Positions 17,891 through 29,250 of a DNA stretch of 46,182 nucleotides are shown here, piece after piece. The stretch covers positions 1-46,182 of the forward strand of contig JAYPJE010000033.1 of assembly GCA_038128265.1 (NCBI GenBank), read 5' to 3'. The first letter of the stretch is position 1. Each line of letters opens with the position of its first letter. A model generated the notes under the pieces. The model was given only the letters and a program-made list of their open reading frames with translations. It had not been told where the DNA came from and searched no databases. Both the position numbers and the translations under genes were made by a program. The DNA is from Gemmatimonadota bacterium (GTDB lineage: Bacteria; Latescibacterota; UBA2968; UBA8231).

Positions 17891-18760
17891 TCAGCCAGCC
17901 ACTCCCTGAGCGCGTCGGAATGTCGAACTTTTGAGCACGGTCTGCGTGGCGTAGATTGAGCCCCCAACTTGGGCCCCCGGTACGGGCATGCGCACCGGAA
18001 CAGGGGTTACGCGCGGCTGGTTAGAAGGTTCTCCGCGCAGAAACGAAGCACAGTAGCCATCCCAATCGGTGCCGGTCAGCGGCCAGGAATCCCCGGAGCA
18101 GTACTGAAAGAGCAGCAGTCGGCGCGGGTTAGGCGATGTATTGGGCAGCGATCCGTGCAGCGCGCGCGCGTGGTGAATGGAGATGCCCCCCGCCTTTAGC
18201 TCCACCTTCTCAGCGGTCCCATCGTCGAAGTTCTCCTCGGTAACCGCTCCGGCAAAGCAGCCGTCTTGGTGATGATCGAGGATCGGACCGCGGTGTGAAC
18301 CGGGGACGACGAGCAGACAACCATTTTCCTCGTTCATATCGTCCAGACAGATGCCAACGGCCAGCAGGTCGTCGTTTGTATGGGGATAGAACGCCCAGTC
18401 CTGATGCCATTCGACCGGGCTGCCAAAACCACCCGACTTCATATTGAGCTTGTTTCCGTTCGTGCGTATGGCCGGGCCTATCAGCTGGGCGACCCTGTCG
18501 AGTATTGCATCGTGGCGAATGGTCTGCGCGTAGATCTCGTGTGCGTTGATCGGACTCTTTAAGCGCCGCAAGCGCGGTTGGTCGGCCGTATGCCCGGGCT
18601 CGAGGTCGAATACGTCGTCGCTCTCGCTCACCGTGCGCGATTTCTCGACAAACTCGTCGGTCACTCGACGCAGCGCGGCAATTTCATCGGCATTCAGCAC
18701 GCCCTCGACGCCCACATAGCCCTTCTCGCGGTACTGCTCTATTTGTGCATCGTTCAACAT
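17891..18760 (-). CDS. PhyH-family Fe(II)/2-oxoglutarate dioxygenase
   Basis: WHQD, NGCLLVVPGSH, HGSLPN...RR. ATG 18760 with GAGGAG RBS. Confidence 0.92.
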   Translation of the reverse strand: MLNDAQIEQYREKGYVGVEGVLNADEIAALRRVTDEFVEKSRTVSESDDVFDLEPGHTADQPRLRRLKSPINAHEIYAQTIRHDAILDRVAQLIGPAIRTNGNKLNMKSGGFGSPVEWHQDWAFYPHTNDDLLAVGICLDDMNEENGCLLVVPGSHRGPILDHHQDGCFAGAVTEENFDDGTAEKVELKAGGISIHHARALHGSLPNTSPNPRRLLLFQYCSGDSWPLTGTDWDGYCASFLRGEPSNQPRVTPVPVRMPVPGAQVGGSIYATQTVLKSSTFRRAQGVAG

Positions 18761-18773
18761 CGCTTGCTCTCCT

Positions 18774-19517
18774 CTATTTAAGACGCAATACTTCGCTCTT
18801 TGCCGCATCGAGGCTGTCGTAGATTGCGTCGCTAAAATGCAGGCCTTGCCCGCCCCAATCAGGCATGAAACCCGTGCTATAACAATAGTAGAGCGTGCGC
18901 CTGGGATTGCCCGACGTGCACACCATCGAACCGTGTGTCAGCGCTTCGGTAAAAATAATGGCATCTCCGGCACGCGCTGGTACCGGTACTAACGGGGGAT
19001 TATCCGCCGGCTCATTGCCCCACGGCTTAGGAAAATTGCTCTTGTGCGCTCCGGGGATTACCGCAAAGCAACCGTCTTCGGACGCGCAGTCCAACATCGG
19101 AAACACCACCTTCGTCAAGGTCGATACCATCTGCCCATTTCGACAGTGATACTGACACTTGGGAATAATCGGCGTGCCGTGCATGTGCAGCCGCGTATAG
19201 CCCCCCTGCCAGCGGTAAATAGCATAGGTGTGGTTGAGCCGGTATGGTCCTCCCGTAACTTCGGCAATCACGTCGAGCACGGCCGGTAGGTCGATCAACG
19301 TCTCAAACGCCGCATCGCCCTCCATTATGTTGGATATATACAAATTATCCGCTGTGCGCTCTTGCCCTAAGCACAGCGGCGACGGATAGTCGCTTTCGTC
19401 CATGTGCTCGTAGCGATCGAGCGCCGCATTGCACGCCTCCACGAGCGCGGCCGGCACGACGGCGCGCAGCACGAGATATCCATGCAAGTCAAAGAGGTAT
19501 TTCTGCTCGGCGTCCAT
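18774..19517 (-). CDS. PhyH-family dioxygenase with atypical HxH metal motif
   Basis: FDLHGYLVL, DGCFAVIPGAHK, AGDAIIFTEALTHGS, RRTL. LHMH lies where HxD is expected. Confidence 0.88.
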   Translation of the reverse strand: MDAEQKYLFDLHGYLVLRAVVPAALVEACNAALDRYEHMDESDYPSPLCLGQERTADNLYISNIMEGDAAFETLIDLPAVLDVIAEVTGGPYRLNHTYAIYRWQGGYTRLHMHGTPIIPKCQYHCRNGQMVSTLTKVVFPMLDCASEDGCFAVIPGAHKSNFPKPWGNEPADNPPLVPVPARAGDAIIFTEALTHGSMVCTSGNPRRTLYYCYSTGFMPDWGGQGLHFSDAIYDSLDAAKSEVLRLK

Positions 19518-19520
19518 TGG

Positions 19521-22266
<2,746 letters not shown>

Positions 22267-22267
<1 letters not shown>

Positions 22268-23394
22268 TATTCTTCCATCAGCGGGTAGAACAGATTAGTC
22301 CAGTCGCTCTGCACTATTTCATCTTCTAATGCAGTCAAGCGCGCTCGCCCTCCCACATCGGCCATGCGCGCAGTTGCACGCAGCAGAAGAGGCACCCATC
22401 GCTCGCTAGCGCTAGCCGTTTGATCGCCCAACGACCACGGTTGTTCCAGCCCATTTTCGACAAGCCATAGAAACGCCTTGCGCAGGCGCGCACCCTCGGT
22501 TCCACTCCACAAATCAAACCCCACATGACGCCCCAAATCGGCTAGGTCGAAAAATGCGCTCATATTCATGGTGCAGTACTCAAGCGAGCGAGCGCGCACG
22601 AGTTCGCGCGGCTGGCTCCCGCTCTCGTCGATTTGTTCACGTATCCTTCCGACCCCGCGCTCAATAGCCTGGCGCGCCTCCTCGCTGCGCCGACAAAAGA
22701 GCGCAAGAGCGGCAACCTGCACATCGTAGCTAGTACCGTAACTGTCCGTTTGCCGACACGCTTCCGCTCCACGCTCGCTGTATAGCAGCCAGTCTAGATA
22801 GAGGCCGAACCACGTCTCTAATCCCGCCTGATCTTCGGCGTTCCACGCCTGGGCATTGGTCAGCAGGCCAATGTGTTCAACCAACCAGCAAAACCCAGAC
22901 GTTTCGACTAATCCGGCTGCTCGCCCATCGCACTTTCCCCTTATGGCCTGACTAAATTCTACGTGCGGAGTCATCCCCCTTTCCTCGTCGAGAAAAAAGG
23001 TGCGCAGCAGCAGCGCTGCACGCTCGGCGAAATCCTCATAGTCGCTGAAGAAATAGGCCGTGCTCAGCGTGCTCACCGCCGAAGATAGGGCGACCAAACG
23101 AGGATAGTCGTACTCATCGCACTCGCCGTTTACTTCGCCATCGCAATGCACGTACTCGCCGCTCGGATCGGGCAGCCAATCGGGCGCTAAACTCATGTAG
23201 TCGCACCGATTTCCGCTGGGTGGCCGCTGGGTTTTGTCGGCGACCGAATACGGGCCCGCCCCAAGCGCTGCATTGGCCAGTTCGAGCAGGCGCTCATCGG
23301 CAGCAGCAAAGCGGTCGTCGCCGACAAAAACGCGCGACCGAACCCACAGCAACTGCTCTGCATCCAGCATAAATACGCGCGGTAACTCTTCCAC
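22267..23394 (-). CDS. Alginate-lyase-family (alpha/alpha toroid, PL5/PL38-like) homologue with degenerate active-site motifs
   Basis: PPSG...DYMSLAP.W.PDP, FFLD...GMTP....Q...G...GR, YDVQ, G.QPREL.R.RS..Y...N. The usual NNH motif reads DSY. Confidence 0.75.
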
Positions 23395-23654
23395 TAAAAC
23401 CTCGGCATGGATAAAAAGTCTTTCGGCAAGAGGGCCGGACGATTGCGCCCATCCGCGCGCCTAGCCCGTGCGCGCAGACGGAAAATTCGCTCTCGCTCAG
23501 GCATTGCCAAAGCGCACATAGACGCTCGCTACACCAGAAAATTTATACCTATTTATAGGCCGATGGCCGACTTGCGAAACGCGCCGATTTGCCTTGCAAT
23601 TTTACGAGAAATTAGTCAGATTGTAGGCTCGTTTTACACCCCTTAGGAGGAACC

Positions 23655-24131
23655 GTGTACCGAATCCTGAGTCTGAGTATCCTGCTCTTTGCAATCTGGC
23701 TGATATGGTCGGGGCATTATACTCCCCTACTGCTGATCTTCGGCGTCTTGTCTTGTCTACTCGTAGTGCTAATTAGTCAACGCATGCGGATCATCGACCT
23801 CGAGGGGCATCCCATCCACCTGGTCACGGGCGCTCCCTCCTTCGCGCTCTGGCTGGCCTGGGCGCTCGTTCAATCCAATATCGATGTTGCCCTGCGCATA
23901 TTGAATCCGAGCCTACCCATTGCCCCGCGCGTTATTCGAGTCAAAGCAAGCCAAAAAACCCATTTGGGGCAAGCGATCTACGCCAACTCTATCACGCTCA
24001 CTCCCGGCACTGTTTCCGTCGACATTGAAGATGGAATGATTGAGGTGCACGCTCTGACCGAAGAGTCTGCACGTGAACTCCTCGATGGCGAAATGGATCG
24101 CCGCGTAACCCGCTGGGAAAACGAGGGCTGA
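23655..24131 (+). CDS. mrpE: Mrp/Mnh antiporter subunit E
   Basis: WSGHY, SNIDVA, ANSITLTPGT, VHAL. AGGAGG RBS before GTG. Confidence 0.92.
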   Translation: MYRILSLSILLFAIWLIWSGHYTPLLLIFGVLSCLLVVLISQRMRIIDLEGHPIHLVTGAPSFALWLAWALVQSNIDVALRILNPSLPIAPRVIRVKASQKTHLGQAIYANSITLTPGTVSVDIEDGMIEVHALTEESARELLDGEMDRRVTRWENEG

Positions 24132-24391
24132 TGTTTGTCGCGGCAATGATCGGCGTGCTGGTCACCATGCTCTTGGCCCTAATTCGCGCGCTCTTGGGAC
24201 CAACGGTTTACGACCGCATATTGGCAGTCAATATGTTTGGCACCAAAACCGTTCTCTTTATTGCCGTGCTCGGCTATTTAATGGGCCGTCCCGAGTTTCT
24301 CGACTTAGCTCTCGTCTACGTGTTGATCAACTTTATCGGCACCATCGCCATTCTCAAATTTGTTCGCTTTGGCCAAGTGGAGGCTTCCTGA
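24131..24391 (+). CDS. mrpF: Mrp/Mnh antiporter subunit F
   Basis: RALLGPTVYDRILA, DLALVY...NFIGT. TGATG coupling. Confidence 0.93.
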   Translation: MFVAAMIGVLVTMLLALIRALLGPTVYDRILAVNMFGTKTVLFIAVLGYLMGRPEFLDLALVYVLINFIGTIAILKFVRFGQVEAS

Positions 24392-24711
24392 TGGATAGTG
24401 CGCTCCACTATGCCAGTTGGTTTTTGCTTGCAAGCGGCGCGTTCTTCTGCGTCGTGGGCGGCCTGGGCATCCTGCGCCTGCCCGACTTCTACAGCCGTCA
24501 GCACGCCGCCGGCATAACCGACACACTGGGCTCTTCGCTCCTTCTCATTGGCCTCATGCTGCAGAGCGGCCTGTCGCTAAACGCGGCAAAGCTCGTCATG
24601 ATCCTGTTATTCCTGATTTCGACCAGCCCCGTCGCCACCCATGCCATCGCGCAAGCCGCCAAGCAGAGCGGGCTCAAACCCAAGGTCGTAGCAGAGGAGG
24701 ACGAGGCTTGA
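24391..24711 (+). CDS. mrpG: Mrp/Mnh antiporter subunit G
   Basis: GILRLPDFYSRQHAA, TSPVATHAIA. TGATG coupling. Confidence 0.93.
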   Translation: MDSALHYASWFLLASGAFFCVVGGLGILRLPDFYSRQHAAGITDTLGSSLLLIGLMLQSGLSLNAAKLVMILLFLISTSPVATHAIAQAAKQSGLKPKVVAEEDEA

Positions 24712-25694
24712 ATCTGTTTATCGACATGATTCTCCTGGCTTTTCTGGTCATCGTCGCCATAGCCGTTACCCGTACGCTGAACCTCTTCGCCACTGCGGTG
24801 TTAACCGGCGTCTACAGCCTGCTTATGGCCTGCATTTTCACGACGCTAGACGCGGTTGACGTAGCTTTTACCGAAGCGGCAGTCGGTGCCGGCATCTCCA
24901 CCGTCCTCTTTCTGGCTACGCTATCGCTCACGACCCAGCGCGAAAAACCGCATCACCACTATAATTGGGGTGCCCTGGCTACCGCAGTGCTCACTGGAGC
25001 CGCATTGGTCTACGGCACTTTCGACATGCCGTCTTTCGGCGATCCGAACGCGCCAGTCCATCAGCACGTGGCACCACACTATATCGAGGTATCGCCTACG
25101 GAAATCGGCGTGCCCAATATGGTGACTTCCGTATTGGCTAGCTACCGAGGCTATGACACGCTGGGTGAGACATCGGTGATCTTCACCGCCTGTATGGCCG
25201 TTCTGCTGCTGCTTCAGCGAGAACGGCGCAACGGCGAGGACGGGAGCGCACTAGCGCCGAACGACGAACAGTCCATGCAGCACGCCATGATCCTGCGCGT
25301 ACAGAGCAAAATATTCATCCCCCTAATTCTGCTATTCGGCCTCTACGTCCAGTTTCACGGTGACTACGGTCCGGGAGGCGGCTTTCAAGCCGGCGTGATC
25401 TTTGCGGCAGGCATCATCTTGTACGCCCTGGTCAACGGCTTGGAAAAAGCTCGCTCTATCATTCCCCCCAACGTCCTGCACGGCTTGGTAGCGTTCGGCC
25501 TGCTACTCTACGCTGGCACGGGCCTAGCTTCTCTGTTCATGGACGGCAACTTTCTGCAGTATCGGGCCCTTGCCCAGGAAGCCACGCACGGTGAGCACAT
25601 AGGCATCCTGCTTATCGAATTGGGCGTCGGGATTACGGTCGCCACCGTTATGACGTCCATCTTTTTCAGCTTTTCCGGCAGGGGGCGCTCATGA
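24708..25694 (+). CDS. mrpB: DUF4040 (MrpA C-terminal-like) plus MnhB fusion subunit
   Basis: DAVDVAFTEAAVGAG, VTSVLASYRGYDTLGE, HGDYGPGGGFQAG. TTG 24708 overlaps the mrpG stop (GAGGAGG upstream). Confidence 0.88.
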   Translation: MNLFIDMILLAFLVIVAIAVTRTLNLFATAVLTGVYSLLMACIFTTLDAVDVAFTEAAVGAGISTVLFLATLSLTTQREKPHHHYNWGALATAVLTGAALVYGTFDMPSFGDPNAPVHQHVAPHYIEVSPTEIGVPNMVTSVLASYRGYDTLGETSVIFTACMAVLLLLQRERRNGEDGSALAPNDEQSMQHAMILRVQSKIFIPLILLFGLYVQFHGDYGPGGGFQAGVIFAAGIILYALVNGLEKARSIIPPNVLHGLVAFGLLLYAGTGLASLFMDGNFLQYRALAQEATHGEHIGILLIELGVGITVATVMTSIFFSFSGRGRS

Positions 25695-26047
25695 TCGATG
25701 CGCTCGGCCTATACAACTACTGGATCGCCATTTTCCTCATGATGGTTGGTTTTTACAACGTGATTGCGCGCGGCAATTTGGTCAAAAAGCTAATTGGCCT
25801 GAGCATATTCCAAACTGCGGTATTTCTGCTCTATATAACTATGGGCAAGGTCAGCGGGGGCACGGCGCCTATCGTCGGATCGGGATTTAGCAGCTTTTCC
25901 AATCCGCTGCCGCACGTGCTCATTCTCACCGCCATTGTGGTCGGCATAGCGACCACCGCCGTCGGCTTGGCGCTGGTCGTTCGCATCAACGAACAGTACG
26001 GAACCATTGAAGAGGACGAACTGATCGCGCAGGAGGACAGCCCGTGA
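25691..26047 (+). CDS. mrpC: Mrp/Mnh antiporter subunit C
   Basis: NLVKKLIGL, NPLPHVLILTAIVV. Confidence 0.93.
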   Translation: MIDALGLYNYWIAIFLMMVGFYNVIARGNLVKKLIGLSIFQTAVFLLYITMGKVSGGTAPIVGSGFSSFSNPLPHVLILTAIVVGIATTAVGLALVVRINEQYGTIEEDELIAQEDSP

Positions 26048-27522
26048 GCAGCCACCTGCCCATCGTGCCCATCGTTTTGCCCATGATGGCCGCCCCCCTG
26101 TGTTCTCTGCTGCGCCGCCGAGCGCTGGTTTGGCCGCTGACCATCGGCGTTAGCTGGCTGGTATTTGCCGCCTGCATCGCCCTGCTCATGCGCGTAGTAG
26201 AAGCCGGCCCCATTATTTACAGCATGGGTAATTGGAGCGCCCCGGTCGGCATCGAATACCGCATCGACCTGCTCAATGCCTACATACTCGTGCTGGTGAG
26301 CGGCATCGCAGCCCTTGTTCTTCTCTATGCACCGCAAAGCGCCGCCTTAGAACTGCCGCACGATCGACACCATCTGTTCTGCGCCGCCTTTCTGCTCTGC
26401 CTGACCGGTCTGCTTGGCATCACGATTACCGGCGATGCCTTTAACGTCTACGTGTTTCTAGAAATATCCTCGCTCGCCTCTTACGCCATTATTAGCGTCA
26501 GCCGCGATCCGCGCGCCCTCAAGGCCGCCTACAACTACTTGATCATGGGCACCATTGGCGCAACGTTTATTCTCATCGCCGTTGGCCTGATGTATATGAT
26601 GACCGGCACGCTCAATATGGCCGACCTGGCGCAGCGCATCGAAGGTGTCCAAGACACGCGCACAATCCTCATGGCCGTGGCCTTCTTCAGCGTGGGTATC
26701 ATGCTCAAAGTAGCGCTCTTTCCCATGCACTCTTGGTTGCCCAATGCCTATTCCTATGCCCCCTCGTTAGTGACCGCCTTTATGGCAGCCACTTCGACCA
26801 AGGTGTCGCTCTACGTATTTTTGCGCTTTGTGTTCACGGTCTTAGGTGTCGACTATGCCTTTGGCACCCTGCACTTAGATGCCGTGCTGGGGCCCCTCGC
26901 GCTCATCGTTATACTCGTCGCCTCCACAGTTGCCATCTACCAGGCCGACCTCAAACGACTGCTGGCCTATTCGAGCGTAGCTCAAGTCGGCTATATCGTG
27001 CTCGGCATCGGCATGGGCACCGTCACGGGCTTGACTGCCGGCATCGCCCACATCTTTAACCACGCCCTTATGAAGGGGGCGCTCTTCCTGGCCGTGGGCT
27101 GTATGGTGCTGCGTCTCAACTCATCGAACTTGAGCGATATGGCCGGACTCGGACGGCGCATGCCCATTACGAGTTTTGCCTTTGTCCTGGGCGGTTTAGG
27201 GCTTATCGGCGTGCCGCTGACCGCGGGTTTTATCAGTAAGTGGTACTTGCTCCTAGGTGCCATAGAGCTAGGCTGGTGGCCTGTTGTTGTGCTCCTGCTC
27301 ATCTCATCTCTACTCGCTGTGGCCTACGTCTGGCGATTTGTCGAAGTCGCCTATTTTCGCCCGCCCCCGGAAGGGGCTTCGACTACGGACGAAGCACCGT
27401 TGTCCATGCATATTTCCCTGTGGCTACTCCTGGCCACGACGCTGTATTTCGGGGTGCAGACCGATGTCACGGCCGGTTTGGCACAGCGCGCAGCGCTGTG
27501 GCTGTTGGGAGGAGGACTATGA
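26044..27522 (+). CDS. mrpD: Mrp antiporter subunit D (proton-conducting transporter), copy 1
   Basis: TGDAFNVYVFLEI, LKVALFPMHSWLP.AY, STKV, KRLLAYSS, NHALMKGALF, GFISKWYL. Confidence 0.92.
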   Translation: MSSHLPIVPIVLPMMAAPLCSLLRRRALVWPLTIGVSWLVFAACIALLMRVVEAGPIIYSMGNWSAPVGIEYRIDLLNAYILVLVSGIAALVLLYAPQSAALELPHDRHHLFCAAFLLCLTGLLGITITGDAFNVYVFLEISSLASYAIISVSRDPRALKAAYNYLIMGTIGATFILIAVGLMYMMTGTLNMADLAQRIEGVQDTRTILMAVAFFSVGIMLKVALFPMHSWLPNAYSYAPSLVTAFMAATSTKVSLYVFLRFVFTVLGVDYAFGTLHLDAVLGPLALIVILVASTVAIYQADLKRLLAYSSVAQVGYIVLGIGMGTVTGLTAGIAHIFNHALMKGALFLAVGCMVLRLNSSNLSDMAGLGRRMPITSFAFVLGGLGLIGVPLTAGFISKWYLLLGAIELGWWPVVVLLLISSLLAVAYVWRFVEVAYFRPPPEGASTTDEAPLSMHISLWLLLATTLYFGVQTDVTAGLAQRAALWLLGGGL

Positions 27523-28988
27523 GCGGAGAGACGGCCATCGCCACGGCAGTCATCTTACCAGCCCTCGGCGCGCTCGCCATTGCGCTGCTGGGCCGCTCGC
27601 CCAACGCGCGCGATGTGGCGATGCTCATCGTAGCGACGGCGACCTTTGCCGTAGTCTGCACGCTCTACCCACAGGTGCAGTCTGGAGGTCAACCGACGCT
27701 ACACCTTCTGGAAGTGGTGCCCGGACTCGACCTGGTATTTCAGATTGAGCCACTCGGCATGCTCTTCGCACTGATTGCCTCGGGGCTGTGGATTCTCACC
27801 TCGCTCTATGCCATCGGCTATATGCGCGGCCATCACGAGGAAAATCAGACGCGCTTTTTCGCATTTTTTGCCGTAGCCATTTCCGCCGCGTTAGCCGCGG
27901 CTTTCTCCGGCAATATGCTGACGCTGTTTTTTTGCTACGAGGTACTGACGCTATCGACGTACCCGCTGGTCACGCACCACCGCACGCCCGAAGCGCTGCG
28001 CGCTGGCCGCATTTATATGGGCATTCTGCTGTCGACATCGATCGGCTTGCTCCTATTTGGTGTGTTACTGACCTATCACGTAGCCGGCACGTTGAGCTTT
28101 ATGCCCGGCGGCATCTTGGCGGGCAAAGCCACGCCGCTGATGACCGGTCTCCTACTTTTCCTCTATGCCTACGGAACCGGCAAGGCCGCCCTGATGCCGA
28201 TTCACCGCTGGCTGCCCAATGCCATGGTGGCGCCCACGCCCGTCAGCGCGCTACTGCACGCGGTGGCCGTGGTGAAAACAGGCGTATTCACCATTGTTAA
28301 AGTCGTCGTCTATATTTTCGGCATCGATCATTTGAGCAGCACCGGATTCCACATTTACCTGGCCTATATCGCAGCGATCACCATCGTCTTGTCGTCGCTG
28401 GTTGCAATGACGCAGGACAATCTCAAGGCGCGCCTTGCCTATTCGACGATCAGCCAACTCGCCTATATCGTCCTCGGAGCAGCCCTGGCCAATGCACACG
28501 GAGTACTTGGCGCTGGCCTACACATTGCCATGCATGCCTTCGGCAAAATCACGCTGTTTTTCTGCGCCGGTGCTGTTATGGTTGCCCTACACAAGACTGA
28601 AATTAGCGATATGCGCGGAATTGGGCGGCAAATGCCCTTTACGATGGGCGCATTCCTCATTGGCTCGCTGAGTATTATCGGCGTACCGCCGCTGGGCGGA
28701 TCCTGGAGCAAATGGTATTTGGCCCTGGGCGCCGCCGATACGGGGCATCTGATTTTGGTTGGCGTGCTCATGCTCTCGTCGCTGCTCAACATCGCCTATT
28801 TAATTCCGATACCCGCACGCGCCTTTTTTAGCAAGAGCACAGACAAAGATGGCCACCATGGAGAGGGCCTGCACGAGGCCCCACTGCTCTGCCTGATTCC
28901 CCTGTGCCTGACCGCGCTGGGCTGTGTTCTGCTGTTTTTCTTCGCCGAGCCCCTCTACCAACTCATCGCTCCCATCGCACAACGCTGA
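27519..28988 (+). CDS. Mrp antiporter subunit D-like (proton-conducting transporter), copy 2
   Basis: FFCYE, GKAALMPIHRWLP.AMVAPTPVSALLHAVAVVK, LKARLAYST, HAFGKITLFF. GGAGG RBS before ATG 27519. Confidence 0.9.
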   Translation: MSGETAIATAVILPALGALAIALLGRSPNARDVAMLIVATATFAVVCTLYPQVQSGGQPTLHLLEVVPGLDLVFQIEPLGMLFALIASGLWILTSLYAIGYMRGHHEENQTRFFAFFAVAISAALAAAFSGNMLTLFFCYEVLTLSTYPLVTHHRTPEALRAGRIYMGILLSTSIGLLLFGVLLTYHVAGTLSFMPGGILAGKATPLMTGLLLFLYAYGTGKAALMPIHRWLPNAMVAPTPVSALLHAVAVVKTGVFTIVKVVVYIFGIDHLSSTGFHIYLAYIAAITIVLSSLVAMTQDNLKARLAYSTISQLAYIVLGAALANAHGVLGAGLHIAMHAFGKITLFFCAGAVMVALHKTEISDMRGIGRQMPFTMGAFLIGSLSIIGVPPLGGSWSKWYLALGAADTGHLILVGVLMLSSLLNIAYLIPIPARAFFSKSTDKDGHHGEGLHEAPLLCLIPLCLTALGCVLLFFFAEPLYQLIAPIAQR

Positions 28989-28995
28989 GGTAGGT

Positions 28996-29250
28996 ATGTC
29001 CGCAGAAAAACGGGACGAGCGTTGGCTCGACCAAGAAGCAAACCAAACCAAGTTATTCCACCTTCTTGGCGTACTGTGTTTGCTGCTTTTTGCAGCCGAT
29101 TTCGCAATACATCGCCATGCGCATTTTGAGGCCGAAGGCACCTATGGGTTTTACCCCGTGTTTGGCTTTGCCGCCTATGCTCTCATCGTCGGCGCCGGCT
29201 GGATTTGGCGACGCGTAGTTCTGCGCCGAGAGGACTATTACGATGCTTGA
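28996..29250 (+). CDS. Small two-TM protein in the Mrp operon
   Basis: 84 aa with HRHAHF loop and C-terminal RREDYYD. GAGG upstream; overlaps the next start. Confidence 0.8.
   Translation: MSAEKRDERWLDQEANQTKLFHLLGVLCLLLFAADFAIHRHAHFEAEGTYGFYPVFGFAAYALIVGAGWIWRRVVLRREDYYDA

Noticed and set aside
23395..23654. Na+/Li+ riboswitch upstream of the mrp operon
   Set aside because: No recognisable aptamer. Only a weak promoter-like TTGCAA-N17-CAGATT (23594-23622). An Rfam scan would be needed to exclude it fully.
24417..24707. Long N-terminal extensions on mrpB (from 24417) and on the second D subunit (from 27240)
   Set aside because: They overlap upstream genes out of frame. Coupled starts at 24708 and 27519 have RBSs.
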